A stretch of DNA of 64,000 bases, from NCBI RefSeq assembly GCF_009914755.1, contig NC_060927.1, one strand, 5' to 3'. Each line of letters opens with the position of its first letter. Positions within the stretch are counted from its first letter, which is position 1. The stretch is from the human T2T-CHM13v2.0 reference genome, Homo sapiens. Shown here in pieces: positions 51,640 to 62,779 of the stretch. The notes under the pieces were generated by a model that was not told where the DNA came from, ran no database searches, and worked only from the letters and a program-made list of their open reading frames with translations. A program made the position numbers and the translations under genes.

Positions 51640-51719
51640 TCAGGGGTTTTCTGGGACCTGGGACTTTCAGTCACATAACCAGGACAGTCCTGAGCAAATC
51701 AGGATGACTGGTCACCCTA
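51640..51719. mobile_element. hAT-Blackjack (MER81/MER94-like) fragment
   Basis: tgggactttcagt..ccaggacagtcc..gcaaatcaggatgactggtcaccct. Confidence 0.55.
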
Positions 51720-52466
51720 GTGCTGTTATCAAGTGACTCAAAAAGCTAACACTGAGCCACAGTGCCCTGTGACCTATAAGCCTATCAGAATCAGTGCAAG
51801 ATTCTCCCTTGAGATTTACGGGTTTCCCTCTTTCCAATCTCACGTAAGCCCTTCCCACACTGTACTCTGCAATTGAGCACAAGCCGTCAGTCATCACTGT
51901 ATGACTATGGGGTGTACCTCATATGAACAATAGGTAAATCACAAGCCAGCCTCATGCTGCTCACTTAGCTGGGTCCACATAAGCCAGATCCACTCCAACC
52001 AGAGTTTCTAGCTCCCTTTCTCTCCATAAGCTCCACCTCAATGAGCACTCACCAGTTCTTTTAATCACCCTACTTATTCCCCCAGCCCCAAGCTACACAT
52101 CCTTTCTTCTCTTCTTTTTGCTCCGTTTCAGCTTACTGCATTCTTTTTCCCTCTTTTCTCTTTGGTCCTAAGAAACTCATGCCACTCTCTCTTTGAGCCC
52201 CATGTCTGTGCCTTAGCCTCATGGCGCTATTCCTTTCCCCAAAGCCATCAGCCCTCCTACTTGCCAGTCTCCCTCTCTCAAGTTGCTCACACCTCATTTG
52301 GCCAACAATCTCTAAACAGGGAGTGTACACAGCCCAGGAAAATAATCCACAGGAAGATAATCTCAAAACTTCTATTTATAATCATTTTTGTATTGTCCTC
52401 ATTTAATTTTCATGTCAGGGTATGTTTTATAATGTATCTAATACATAAAATATATTAGCACATATA

Positions 52467-53661
52467 CAGTCATGTGTCACTTAACGATGGGGATACATTC
52501 TAAGAAATGCATCATTAGGTGACTTTGTTGTTGTGTGAACATCACAGAGTCAACTTACACAAACCTGTATGGTATAACCTACTACACACCTAGGCCATAT
52601 GGTATAGCCTATTGCTCCTAGGCTACAAACCTGTACAGTATGTTACTGTAATGAATACTGTAATCAGTGTAACACAATGGTAAGTATTTATGTGTCTAAA
52701 CATATCTAAACATAAAAAGGTACAGTAAAAATATGATATAAAAGATTTTTTTTAATGCTGCACCTGGATAGGGCATTTACCATGGATAGAGCTTACAGGA
52801 CTGTAAGTTGCCCCGGGTGAGTTAGTGAATGAGTGGGAAGTGAATGTGAAGGCCTAGGACATTACTGTAGACCACTATAGACTTTACAAACACCGTACAC
52901 TTAGGCTACACTAGATTTATTTTTTCAAATTTTTTCTTCAATAATAAATTAATCTGAGCTTACTGTAACATTTTTACTTTATAAGCTTTTTAATTATTTT
53001 TAACTTTTGGACTCTTGTAATACTACTTAGGTTAAGACACAAACACATTTTGTACAGCTGCATAAATTTTTTTTTATATATTAATTTTTCCTTTTTTTTT
53101 ACTTTTTAAACATTTAAAAAAAGAATTAAGACACACACGCATTAGCATAGGCCTACATAGGGTCAGAATAATCAATATCATTGTCTTTCACTTCCACATC
53201 TTGTCCCACTGGAAGGTCTTCAGGAGCAATAACACTCATGGAGCTGTCATTTCCTGTGATAACAATATAGCCTTCTGGAATTCCTCCTGAAGTACCTGCC
53301 TGGGGCTGTTTTACAGTGAACTATTTGTAGTAAGTAGAAGGAGTACACCCCAACAATAAAAAGCATAGTATAGTAAATATGTAAGAGTAGTAACATAGTC
53401 ATTTATTTTCACTATCAAGTAGTATGTATTGTTTGTATATAATCGTTATGTGCTGTATACTCTTATATGACTGGCAGTGCAGTAGCTTTGTTTACACCAG
53501 TATCACCATAAACACGCAAGTAATGCATTATGCTATGATGTTATGATGGCTGCAATGTCACTAGGCAATAAAAGTTTTTCAGCTCTATTATTATCTCTAG
53601 GGCCTACCATCATAAGTGCAGTTCATCATTAACCAAAACGTTGTTATTCAATGCATGACTG
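52467..53661. mobile_element. Tigger3b-like non-autonomous DNA transposon
   Basis: TIR CAGTCATG / CATGACTG with TA on both sides (52465-52466, 53662-53663); 1195 bp. Confidence 0.88.
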
Positions 53662-54282
53662 TATACCATTTATAAATAATTACACATATCTGAGGACAAA
53701 AATTGTACCTTAATAATTTCCATAGCCCCGGCCCTTAGTGCATTACCTGACTCAACAATTGCTTTTTAGACAAATACATTCATGAATTAATCAAACGAAT
53801 CTCATGCAATCAATCAATCAACCAATGTTCCTTAGTCCTTGTCCACAGAACATTCTAAATGAGCCACTTGTGAGTTCATAGTCATGGTCCTTAGGGACTT
53901 TTCATTGCTTTTCTTCTCTTCTGTCCCTGATGTGAATGACTTTTCACCAGACACCCTGTCCCCACTTCTACCCACCTCAGTTCCTGCACCCTCAGTCAGA
54001 TCATCTGGAGTCCTCAAGATCTTCTCTCTTTGCCTGTCTACATATTCTCCCAAATTCAGCATCTTTCCTCAAGATCACCTGGACCTCAAAAGTCACACTT
54101 CTGGCCCCCCTATCCTGGCATTGCTCCTCCTCAACAAACTTATTAGCAAGCATCTCACCAGCTGAAGGTCAGCTACTAACCCTGCAACTCCAAGCATCTG
54201 CACCCATGCTGGTTCATGGACTATGTTGGTCCATGATGATGGTTTCCTTATGTGAAAAGAAATTAGATAAAAAATGAGGACA

Positions 54283-54378
54283 ATGTTAAACATAGATACA
54301 AATGATATATATCATTTATATATTATATATATCATCATACATATATCATTTGTACCTATGTTTAACATAGGTACAAAT
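54283..54378. repeat. Overlapping inverted repeats in an AT-rich patch
   Basis: 28-bp arms 54283-54310 / 54341-54368 (27/28 complementary) and perfect 15-bp arms 54348-54362 / 54364-54378. Confidence 0.9.
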
Positions 54379-55789
54379 ATATATATTATAATATATATTT
54401 TATATATATCTTACCTGTTGAAGACTGTCCTTTATTCTGAGATTGTGGTTTTCTATCATTTCACATTAAAATATTATTTATCTTATAAATGATGTGATAT
54501 GGTCATTAGTTATTGTCCTTACTTAACAAAATAATGATTTGCCAGTCCTCTTTGAGTCCTGGAATCCTTTATATAAAATTTACTCATTTATAAAATCCAA
54601 AAGTCTAGGGATTGCCAAACCACCAGCAAACAGACAATGTTTTGTTTGATTTGTTTTTAAGGTGGAGAGAGAAGTTGATTCCCAGGGTAAAATATAAATA
54701 ATTCAGAAGAGGTTGCAGACGAAGCCTTCCTGATCATGCCTTAGCACATCTCTTTCCTACTGGCATATTTTAGAGATGTGAGAGCACATGAGGACCTGGG
54801 GCAATGAGCATCCATGAGGAGGAAAGTTCTCAGAAAAAGACAGACAGATGAGGGTCGGGGAGCCTGAAGATCATGTGTGGTGTCATCACACCCTTGCCAA
54901 AGGCTGATTCTGTCTTAGAATTCTTGTCCTAGAAAGGCCTCCTGTATCTCAGGGTACATCTTAACATAGACATGTGCTGGCAACTGGGAAAACATGGTAT
55001 TATGGATAATGTTCATAGTTTTGTTGCATCTTGCTTTATGTCAATGGAAGCAATGTTTGAGTTTACCAACCAAAACCCTGCTTGGCAAACAAACAGATCT
55101 ATTTCGTGTCTAGCCTGAGAAAATACATATTGTTTAAATTCTTTCCAAATATGCCTGAATTTATGAACTGCTTTTAGGTGTATTTTTTATCGAAAATCCA
55201 TATGCTATTAGTCACTCAAACTGGGGCTCAAAAATATAGCAAGAACTAGGAAGCCAGTGAATAATACTGGGCATATTTTGGTTTGCCATGCTTTCTGGCT
55301 TTAGAATGGAACCTTGAGTCTGCAAATTGGGGAGGGTGCTTGAGCCATTTATACCTCCTGTCTACAGTCAAGGGAGTGATGTCTTGTTACTCCCACAAGC
55401 CAAACCAAGTGGAAATGAGTCACTACTTAGCTGAATGCTGTCCTTAGAACGCCCACCTTAGGCTGAAACCCGGAGTTCAATGGTCGTTTTTCTGAGTTAT
55501 ATCTGACCCATGAGCTTATGACAAGAACATTCCGAGTTTCCCCTCAAGAATCTGGGATGGGCATTTTTTTCTGGAAAGAGCAGGTGGGCTCTCTCTTCTG
55601 GAAAATTGAATTTTTTTTCAGAGCCCACACTTAGTGCTAGAGACCTCTGAACATAGTGGTATTTAGACTGTTATTTTTCAAACTGTTCCTATACTGTAGG
55701 TGAGAAATATTCTCTATGTGCCTGGGAATAAGATCAGTAAAATGGGGCAAATAAAATCCCTCAACACCGTTAGAGTTAGCACAGACACT

Positions 55790-58045
55790 TAGATTGTTTC
55801 TGCATCTTGGCTATTATAAACAGTGCTGCAATGAACATGAGTGCACAGATATCTCTTTGAGGTTCTGATTTCATTTCCTTTGCGTATATATCCAGAAGAG
55901 GGACTTCTGGATCTTATGGTAGCTCTATTTTTAATTTTTTTGAGGAAACTCCAGAATGGGTTTCCGGGATGGGTGTAACAATTTACATTCCCACCAACAG
56001 CGTACAATAATTTCATTTTCTCCACATCCTCGCCAACACTTACTATCTTTTATCTTTTTGACAATAGTCTTCCTAACAAATGTGAGGTGATATTTTATTA
56101 TTGCTTTGATTTGAATATCCCTGATGATAATGATGTTGAGCACTTTTTCATATATCTGTTGTCAGTTTGTATGTCTTCTTTAGGAAAATGTCTATTCAGG
56201 TCATTTGCCCATTTTTTAAATCCAGTTGTTTTTTTATTTGCTATTAAGTTGTGTGAGTCCCTATATATCTTTTATATTAACCCCTTATCAGCTATACTGT
56301 CTGCAAATATTTTCCCCTAATCTAGGTTGTCTTTTCATTTTGTTAATTGTTTGCGTTGCTGTGCAGAAGCAAATGTAGTCCCACTTGGCTATTTTTAGCT
56401 TGATGTAGTCCCACTTGGCTATTTTTCCTACTGTCGCCTGAGCTTTTGGTGTCATATAAAAAGAAAATTATCAAGATGAAAGTCAACAAGCTTTTTCCTG
56501 ATGTTTTCTTTAAGGAGTTTTATGGCTTCAGGCCCTACATTTAAGTCTTTAATCCAATTTGAACTTATTTTTGTATATGGTATAAGGTAAGGGCCCAATT
56601 CTATTCTTTTGTATGTGAATATCCAGTTATCCCAACACAATTTACTACCCTTTCTTTTTTGTGTATTTTTGATGCCCTTGTCAAAAATTAGTTGACTGTA
56701 TATTGCTTGGAATTATTTCTGTCCTCCATATTTTGTTCCACTGGTCTATGTGTCTGTTTTTATGTCTGTACCATACTGTTTTGATTACTATAGTTTTGTA
56801 ATATAATTTGAAGTCAGGAAGTGTGATGTCTCCAACTGTGTTCTTCTTCCTCAAGATTGCTTTGGCTCTTTAGGGTCTTTTGTGGTTTCATACAAATTTT
56901 AGAATATTTTTTCATTTCTGTGAAAAATGGCACTGGAGTTTGATAGGGGTTATGCTGAATCTGTGTATCACTTTGAGTAGTACGGACATTTTAACAATAT
57001 TAATTCTTCCAATCCATGAACAAGAGACATCTTTCCATTTATTTGTGTCTTCGATTTCTTTCATTGATGTTTTAGAGTTTTCAGGCTACAGATCTCTCAC
57101 CTCCTTGGTTAAATTTACTCCAAAATATTTTATTCTTTTTGATGCTATTACAAACGGTATTTTTTTTCTTGATTTCCTTTTTGGATAGATCATGATTGGT
57201 GTAAAAATGCACAACTAACTTTTGTGTTTCTTTTGTATCCTGCAACATTACTGAATTCATTTGTTAGTTTTAACAGGTTTTTTGTGGAGTCTTAAGGAGT
57301 TTATATATGGGATCATATTATCTGAAAACAGATCATTTTACCTCTTTCTTTCCAAATTGGATGTATTTTGCTTCTTTTCCTTGTCTGATTGCTCATGCTA
57401 ATTCTTCCATTTTAAAATCAGGTTGTATTTTTTTTATTGCTGAGTTTTAAGAGTTCTTAGTATATTTTAGATAAGAATCTTGTACCAGATGTCTTTTGCA
57501 AATATTTTATCTCAGTCTGTGGCTTGTCTTCTCAATGTTTTGAGTTAGTAATTATTTTTATTATCAGTCTTTAAAGATATAATTCTATTCTTCTGGCTTC
57601 AGTTGTTGCAATTGATAAAATAGCTGCAATTCCTTTCTCTCAGGATTTTACAGATGTAATTAAAGTTACTAATCAGCTGACCTTAAAGGTTTTAAAGGTT
57701 TTTCTCTTTGACTTTGGTGTTTTTCAATACTACAATACATCCAGGTGTGAATTTGTTTTTATTTACCATTCTTGGAACTCATTTAACAACATTAACATGG
57801 AATTTATGCTTTTCATTCATTCTTGAAAATCCTTAGCCAATAACTCATCAAATATTTTTTTCATTCTATTTATTGTCTTCTTATACTCCTATTAGATGTG
57901 TGTTGGAATTTCTCATTCATTTTTCCATTCTCTTACTACTGTTTCATGTTTTCCACCTCTTTATTTCTCTGTCTACATTTTGCATAATTTTTTCAGTTCT
58001 ATTTTTTACTTTATGAGTATTACCTTCAGCTGTGTTTAATCTGTT
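55790..58045 (-). mobile_element. L1MA/MB ORF2 3' fragment (to about 57540) followed by an older L1M remnant
   Basis: Antisense ORF2 C-terminal tracts (ORFs 55931-56143 and 56452-56640 translate to degenerate ORF2). Confidence 0.8.
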
Positions 58046-58588
58046 AATTATCTGTTTTTAGTTTTCTACTGCTGTCATAACAAATTTCCAGAAACTTAGC
58101 AGCTTCAAATAACACCCATTTATTATCTCACAGTTTCTATAAATCAGATGTCTAGCATGATATTGATTTTTGCATATGGTGTAAGATAAGGGCCCAATTA
58201 GTTTTGGGATATTCTGTTTAAGGAATTGCTGAGCTTCAATTAAGGTATTTGCCATGCCTGTGGTTCTTATATGGGACTTGGAGGGTTCTTCCAAACTCAC
58301 TGTTGGTTGGAAGAATTCAGTTCTTTGCAGTTGCAGGGCTGAAGTTCCTGCTTCCCTGTCATGTGATCTCCTTTCATCTTCAAGGTAAAAATTGTGCATC
58401 AAATCCTTCTCATTCTTGAGATCTCTCTAACTTAACTTTCTGCTACATCTCTCCCACTCCATGTTCTACCTTTTTCTGCTGCTTTTTAGGGTTTATATGA
58501 TTACATTGGGCTTTCCTGGATAATCTAAAATAATCTCTTTATATTAAGGTCAGCTGATTAGTAACTTTAATTACATCTGTAAAATCCT
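57642..58588. repeat. Perfect 45-bp inverted repeat pair (57642-57686 and 58544-58588)
   Basis: AGGATTTTACAGATGTAATTAAAGTTACTAATCAGCTGACCTTAA is the exact reverse complement of 58544-58588. Confidence 0.93.
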
Positions 58589-58672
58589 TTTTGCCATGTA
58601 ATATATTATAGCCATGGGAGTAACACAAAGGCCAGAGATCACTGGGAAAGAGGGCAAAATTGTGCCTACCAC
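58053..58672 (-). mobile_element. MaLR LTR (MLT1D/E-like)
   Basis: ttagttttctactgctgtcataacaaatt..aaacttagcagc..; ends aaaattgtgcctaccaca; similar to 12581-13388. Confidence 0.78.
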
Positions 58673-58874
58673 ACTATCCATTGAAGTTTTGTTTCATTAT
58701 CTATATCCTTAATTTCTAGAAATTCTAGTGGGGAAGTTGTCAGATCTTCCTGTTCTTTTTTTATGGTGACTTTTATTTACTTATGGTTTTAGTTCCTTCT
58801 TTTATGATTTAACTGTATTATCTGATTCAAGAAGGGGTTTCTTGTAAGCATTAAAGTCTTATGATAGTATTCAT

Positions 58875-59076
58875 AAGTAATGTGCCAGAGTCAGCTTGCA
58901 AGAGTTGATTCCATGCATCTCTTCCCATCTTTGCATTTAGTGACTTTACATTCACATTAGTAGATTGAAATCAGCCATGGTAGGAGAATTGGCAAAGACT
59001 ACAAATCAGAGTAATTCTTTTTTTCTTTTTAGAGTTGGTTTACTAGTATACCACTGGGTTTACTAGTACACCACTG
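58875..59076. mobile_element. MER63-like hAT MITE with a duplicated terminus
   Basis: ttgaaatcagccatggtaggag..ctacaaatcag..; terminal ggtttactagta(t/c)accactg occurs twice. Confidence 0.55.
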
Positions 59077-59611
59077 TTTATAGCAGATTTTGAATTTTGG
59101 GTTTTGAGCTCAAGTTTGACAGGACTTTAAATGTCGAAATCTTATGCAACCTGCATTGAGGGTTTTGCAGTTGCCTCTGCAAATCATTCTAGATGTGTTA
59201 TCAGCCTGGAATCACCTTTTAAAGCTACTTTCTTAGTGTAGGAGCTCCAGGGCCATGATGTTCAGGGTACAAATTCAAACCCCAGTCACATTACAGAAAG
59301 AGGCTTTTGGTAATATAGTCTCAGAAGATTTTTTTCAATTTTTTTCACACATGGACCAGCTCAGGCAAAGCCTAACAAGCTTCCTTGTTTTCTCTCTGGG
59401 CCAGTGAACTGATTTTTCTAGTTCGTTTCTTCACTGTATGAATTTTTTAATAGATTATTGAGGGAATCTAAGACAATAGTTTTCAAATTATGTTCCCTGG
59501 ATCCCTGTGGGATTCTAATAAGTGATCTTAGAGGCTACTTCATGGAGCAAGAGAAAAGTTTCTTCATCCCATAAATCAGAGTAGCATGCCCTTCCTCCTG
59601 CCCTCCCACTG

Positions 59612-59661
59612 CCACACAAGCATATACATGCACACACACATGAATGCACACACACACACAC
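59612..59661. repeat. Interrupted (CA)n microsatellite
   Basis: Directly visible. Confidence 0.85.
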
Positions 59662-60039
59662 TTTTAATCTAAACGATATATTTGTCTTCCTGACAATATC
59701 ATAGTCAAAGAAAGAGGTACCTCTTTTTTACAATTATGAACTAACATATTCCAAAATCTTAACTTTAGAAATGGAAAGACTAGAACACAGAGATGTTAGC
59801 CAACAACATATAATATAGCTCTGTGAGTTGGTGAAAAAAGTTGAGACTTGAGTCCAGGTTCAAAATAAGTAGGAATAATATTTGGACAAAAAAAAACCTT
59901 TAAGCCTTTTTGTAACTAGAGATACTTTGTGTGAGTAGGCTGCAGTTTAATTTCTGGATCAATGTGAAGAAACACAATGTGAGAGTGATCATCAATTGCT
60001 ACAGCTTTCAATTATATTATCAGTCTGCCCTAGTAATAT

Positions 60040-60290
60040 TTCCTAGTATTTTCTGAGTACAGTGCTCCATATGTAATGCTCAACATTTCACATGTATTTT
60101 CACATTTAATGTACAAAACAATCCAGAGAGATAAGCACTATTATTACCTCATTTTACATATGAAGATAATGTGGCTCAAAGAGGTTAAGTATTTAGCTGC
60201 TACCCATCCACAGCTAGTAAGCAATGGAGTGGGGCTTGAACCCAAGCTGTGTAGTTCCAGAGCCCAAAGCCCTTCTTGCTTCTTACCTCT
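60040..60290 (-). mobile_element. MIR
   Basis: cctcattttacatatgaag..ggctcaaagaggttaagt..cacagctagtaag..ttgaacccaag. Confidence 0.75.
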
Positions 60291-60399
60291 GCTATCTTCC
60301 TTCCTGCATGGTTTCTCCATTGATTAAGGCAGTCAGGTGCCACAGAAGCTGCAAACAGTTTAACCACATTAACTAGTCAATTCTATCAAATAACTACTA

Positions 60400-61041
60400 C
60401 AGCTGATTCTCATTAACCATGTGTACCATATTTTCAAATTTGCCTACTTGCTAAAACTTATTTTAACTCCAAAATCAATACTCATGGCACTGCTGCAGTC
60501 ATAACAGCATGTGCCGAGGGTGAAAATTTTGCATTGCCCAAGTTGCATGTTCCCAGCTGAGGTCCAGTAACGTGAAAATCTTCCTTCTTTTTTCAGCTCT
60601 CATACGGTAAACAAGTGTCCTCTTTGAAGTATGTGTACCGCCACGTTTTTCACATTTTTGTGCTTTTTGTTGATTTCACTGTTTAAAATGGCCCCCAAGC
60701 ATAGTACAGAAGCACTGATTACTGTTTAGAAGCACAGGCAGGCTGTGCTGTGCCTTATGGAGAAAATATGTGTGTTAGATAAGCTTCATTCAGGCATGAA
60801 TTTCACTGCTGTTGGCTGTGAGTCCAATGCTAATGAACCAACAATTTATATTAAATAAGCTGTTTTTAAACAGAAATACACATACAGTAAGTTTATCTAC
60901 TGATGATGAAAATGTTGTGACCAGAGGCTTGCAGGAGCCTGACCCTGTACTTCCCCTATGGGCAATGATTCAGTATTCACTAATTCGGTGTTCTTTGTGA
61001 CTTTATAGAACGTAACTACCATGATTAACTAGAATCAACTA
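60400..61041 (-). mobile_element. MER82-like Tigger MITE just upstream of the CLDN18.2 promoter
   Basis: Imperfect TIR CAGCTGATTCT / AGAATCAACTA with flanking TA; about 640 bp. Confidence 0.7.
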
Positions 61042-61239
61042 TACCTTATTATGCCTCATAACCGGCCTTGCCTAAGTTTTTTAACTAAGGTGGCAGCATG
61101 TATCTCAGTCCCCAGGGCCACATGGATGAAGCCCTTGTATCTCCAAGTATTTTGTGGCTTAACTACTGGAAGCCCTGCCTGACCAATCTGCAGTGCCTTC
61201 CGGGCAACCACCTCTGCACTTGCTTTACCCTCTACAGAG

Positions 61240-61531
61240 GGGAGCCTGGTTAATCAGGAAAGAAACTCCCTCAAAAGGTAAACAGTGAGTAGAGTGTACA
61301 TATGGTGGAAAACAAATGACTCTTGGTACCCTATTGTGGGAATTATCTCACTTCAATAGATAAAGGAGTAGGGCAAGCCCAGGTGGCACTGGTGAGTAAC
61401 CGCCTCCATTACATGGTCCGTTCCTGACGTGTACACCAGCCTCTCAGAGAAAACTCCATCCCTACACTCGGTAGTCTCAGAATTGCGCTGTCCACTTGTC
61501 GTGTGGCTCTGTGTCGACACTGTGCGCCACC
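61240..61531 (+). promoter_or_regulatory. CLDN18: CLDN18.2 proximal promoter and 5' UTR, no TATA box seen
   Basis: CRE-like TGACGTG 61425-61431; AP-1-like TGAGTAA 61393-61399; GATA TTATCT 61343-61348 and AGATAA 61358-61363; forkhead GTAAACA 61278-61284; HNF1 half-site GGTTAAT 61248-61254; Kozak GCCACCATGG. From memory the mRNA begins near 61479. Confidence 0.8.
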
Positions 61532-61751
61532 ATGGCCGTGACTGCCTGTCAGGGCTTGGGGTTCGTGGTTTCACTGATTGGGATTGCGGGCATCATTGCT
61601 GCCACCTGCATGGACCAGTGGAGCACCCAAGACTTGTACAACAACCCCGTAACAGCTGTTTTCAACTACCAGGGGCTGTGGCGCTCCTGTGTCCGAGAGA
61701 GCTCTGGCTTCACCGAGTGCCGGGGCTACTTCACCCTGCTGGGGCTGCCAG
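61532..61751 (+). CDS. CLDN18: Claudin-18 isoform 2 (CLDN18.2), first coding exon: TM1 and most of extracellular loop 1; gene continues beyond the window
   Basis: MAVTACQGLGFVVSLIGIAGIIAATCMDQWSTQDLYNNPVTAVFNYQGLWRSCVRESSGFTECRGYFTLLGLP; claudin W-GLW-C-C signature; perfect Kozak; 220 nt ending at the phase-1 donor CAG|GTAAGG. Confidence 0.98.
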
Positions 61752-62779
61752 GTAAGGGCCAGGTGTCTGGCTGGCTGGAGGGAGAGATTGGAGGTGGAGA
61801 GGAAACTGCAGGCTCTGTCTGGGCACCACGACAGGGACTGCTGGGGAGGGAGGAACTGCGATTCGTGTTTGACAGGGGCAACAGCCACCTGCACCAGGGT
61901 GGAATAGGAGGACGGGAACCTTAGGGAGAGGAAGTTTCTGGAGCTGTCTGAGCTCCTGTTCCCCTAACTGGATGGTGCCCAATTCTCCCAGAGGAACTTA
62001 TTTTTTCAATAACTCCTATGTGAGCAATGGCATAGTCTCAATCACCCATAGGAACAGGACTCAGGAGGCCCAGACTTCGGCCACTTTGTTCCTTCGGCCC
62101 CGGGATTCCCCCTCACTGAGTTGGGGACTGCCTATCTCCTGAACAGATTCCATCTTCAGGCCTCCTTGTGCCTGAACTCAGCTTCCAGGGACACCTAAGT
62201 AAGCAACAGCAATAGAAATCGGGCAGAGGAAAAAGGCAGAGAAAAAGAACTAGGTGGCTGTGTTTCCCTGGGACGTCAGATGGGCCCCTGCACTGGGGCT
62301 CCAGGTTCCCGATCTCCAGAAAATATTGGTGACAAGGAACCAGACTCAGGGCGCTCTCTGCACAGGGGATTCTGCTGTGGCAAATGGGCGCTGCCATGCA
62401 GGGAAAGGTATTGCAGGCTGCCGTGCCCCCTTCTAGGGATTGGCATATTCAATACACAAGGATTGTGTTTATTTGCTTAGTAGATTGGTCATTTTAACTA
62501 GAAGAAAAATTCAAGTCACAAGAGTAGAGAATGTTAAAAATGTCTTTCACTCAGATAAGAGAGTAAGACAATGAATAAATTTGTCGTTTTTATTTTTGCT
62601 TGTTTCTTTCATAAATACATATTGAAGTCTTGAGAGGGGCATTGATCTAAGGGGGGCAATGTAAACAGGATCAGAAATGGAAAATATGGGGCTTTCTCCT
62701 CCAGGAATTTGCCATTTGACTGCAGGGTCAAGACTTAGACACACAAAAAAGGTAACAACAGAAGACTTGAATCATACGG

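Noticed and set aside
61413-61427. Upstream ORF ATG GTC CGT TCC TGA
   Set aside because: It lies upstream of the probable transcription start and overlaps the CRE; relevant only if a more distal start is used.
61496-61531. N-terminal extension of CLDN18.2 suggested by the ORF track
   Set aside because: It starts at TTG, whereas the ATG at 61532 has a perfect Kozak context and matches the known N-terminus.
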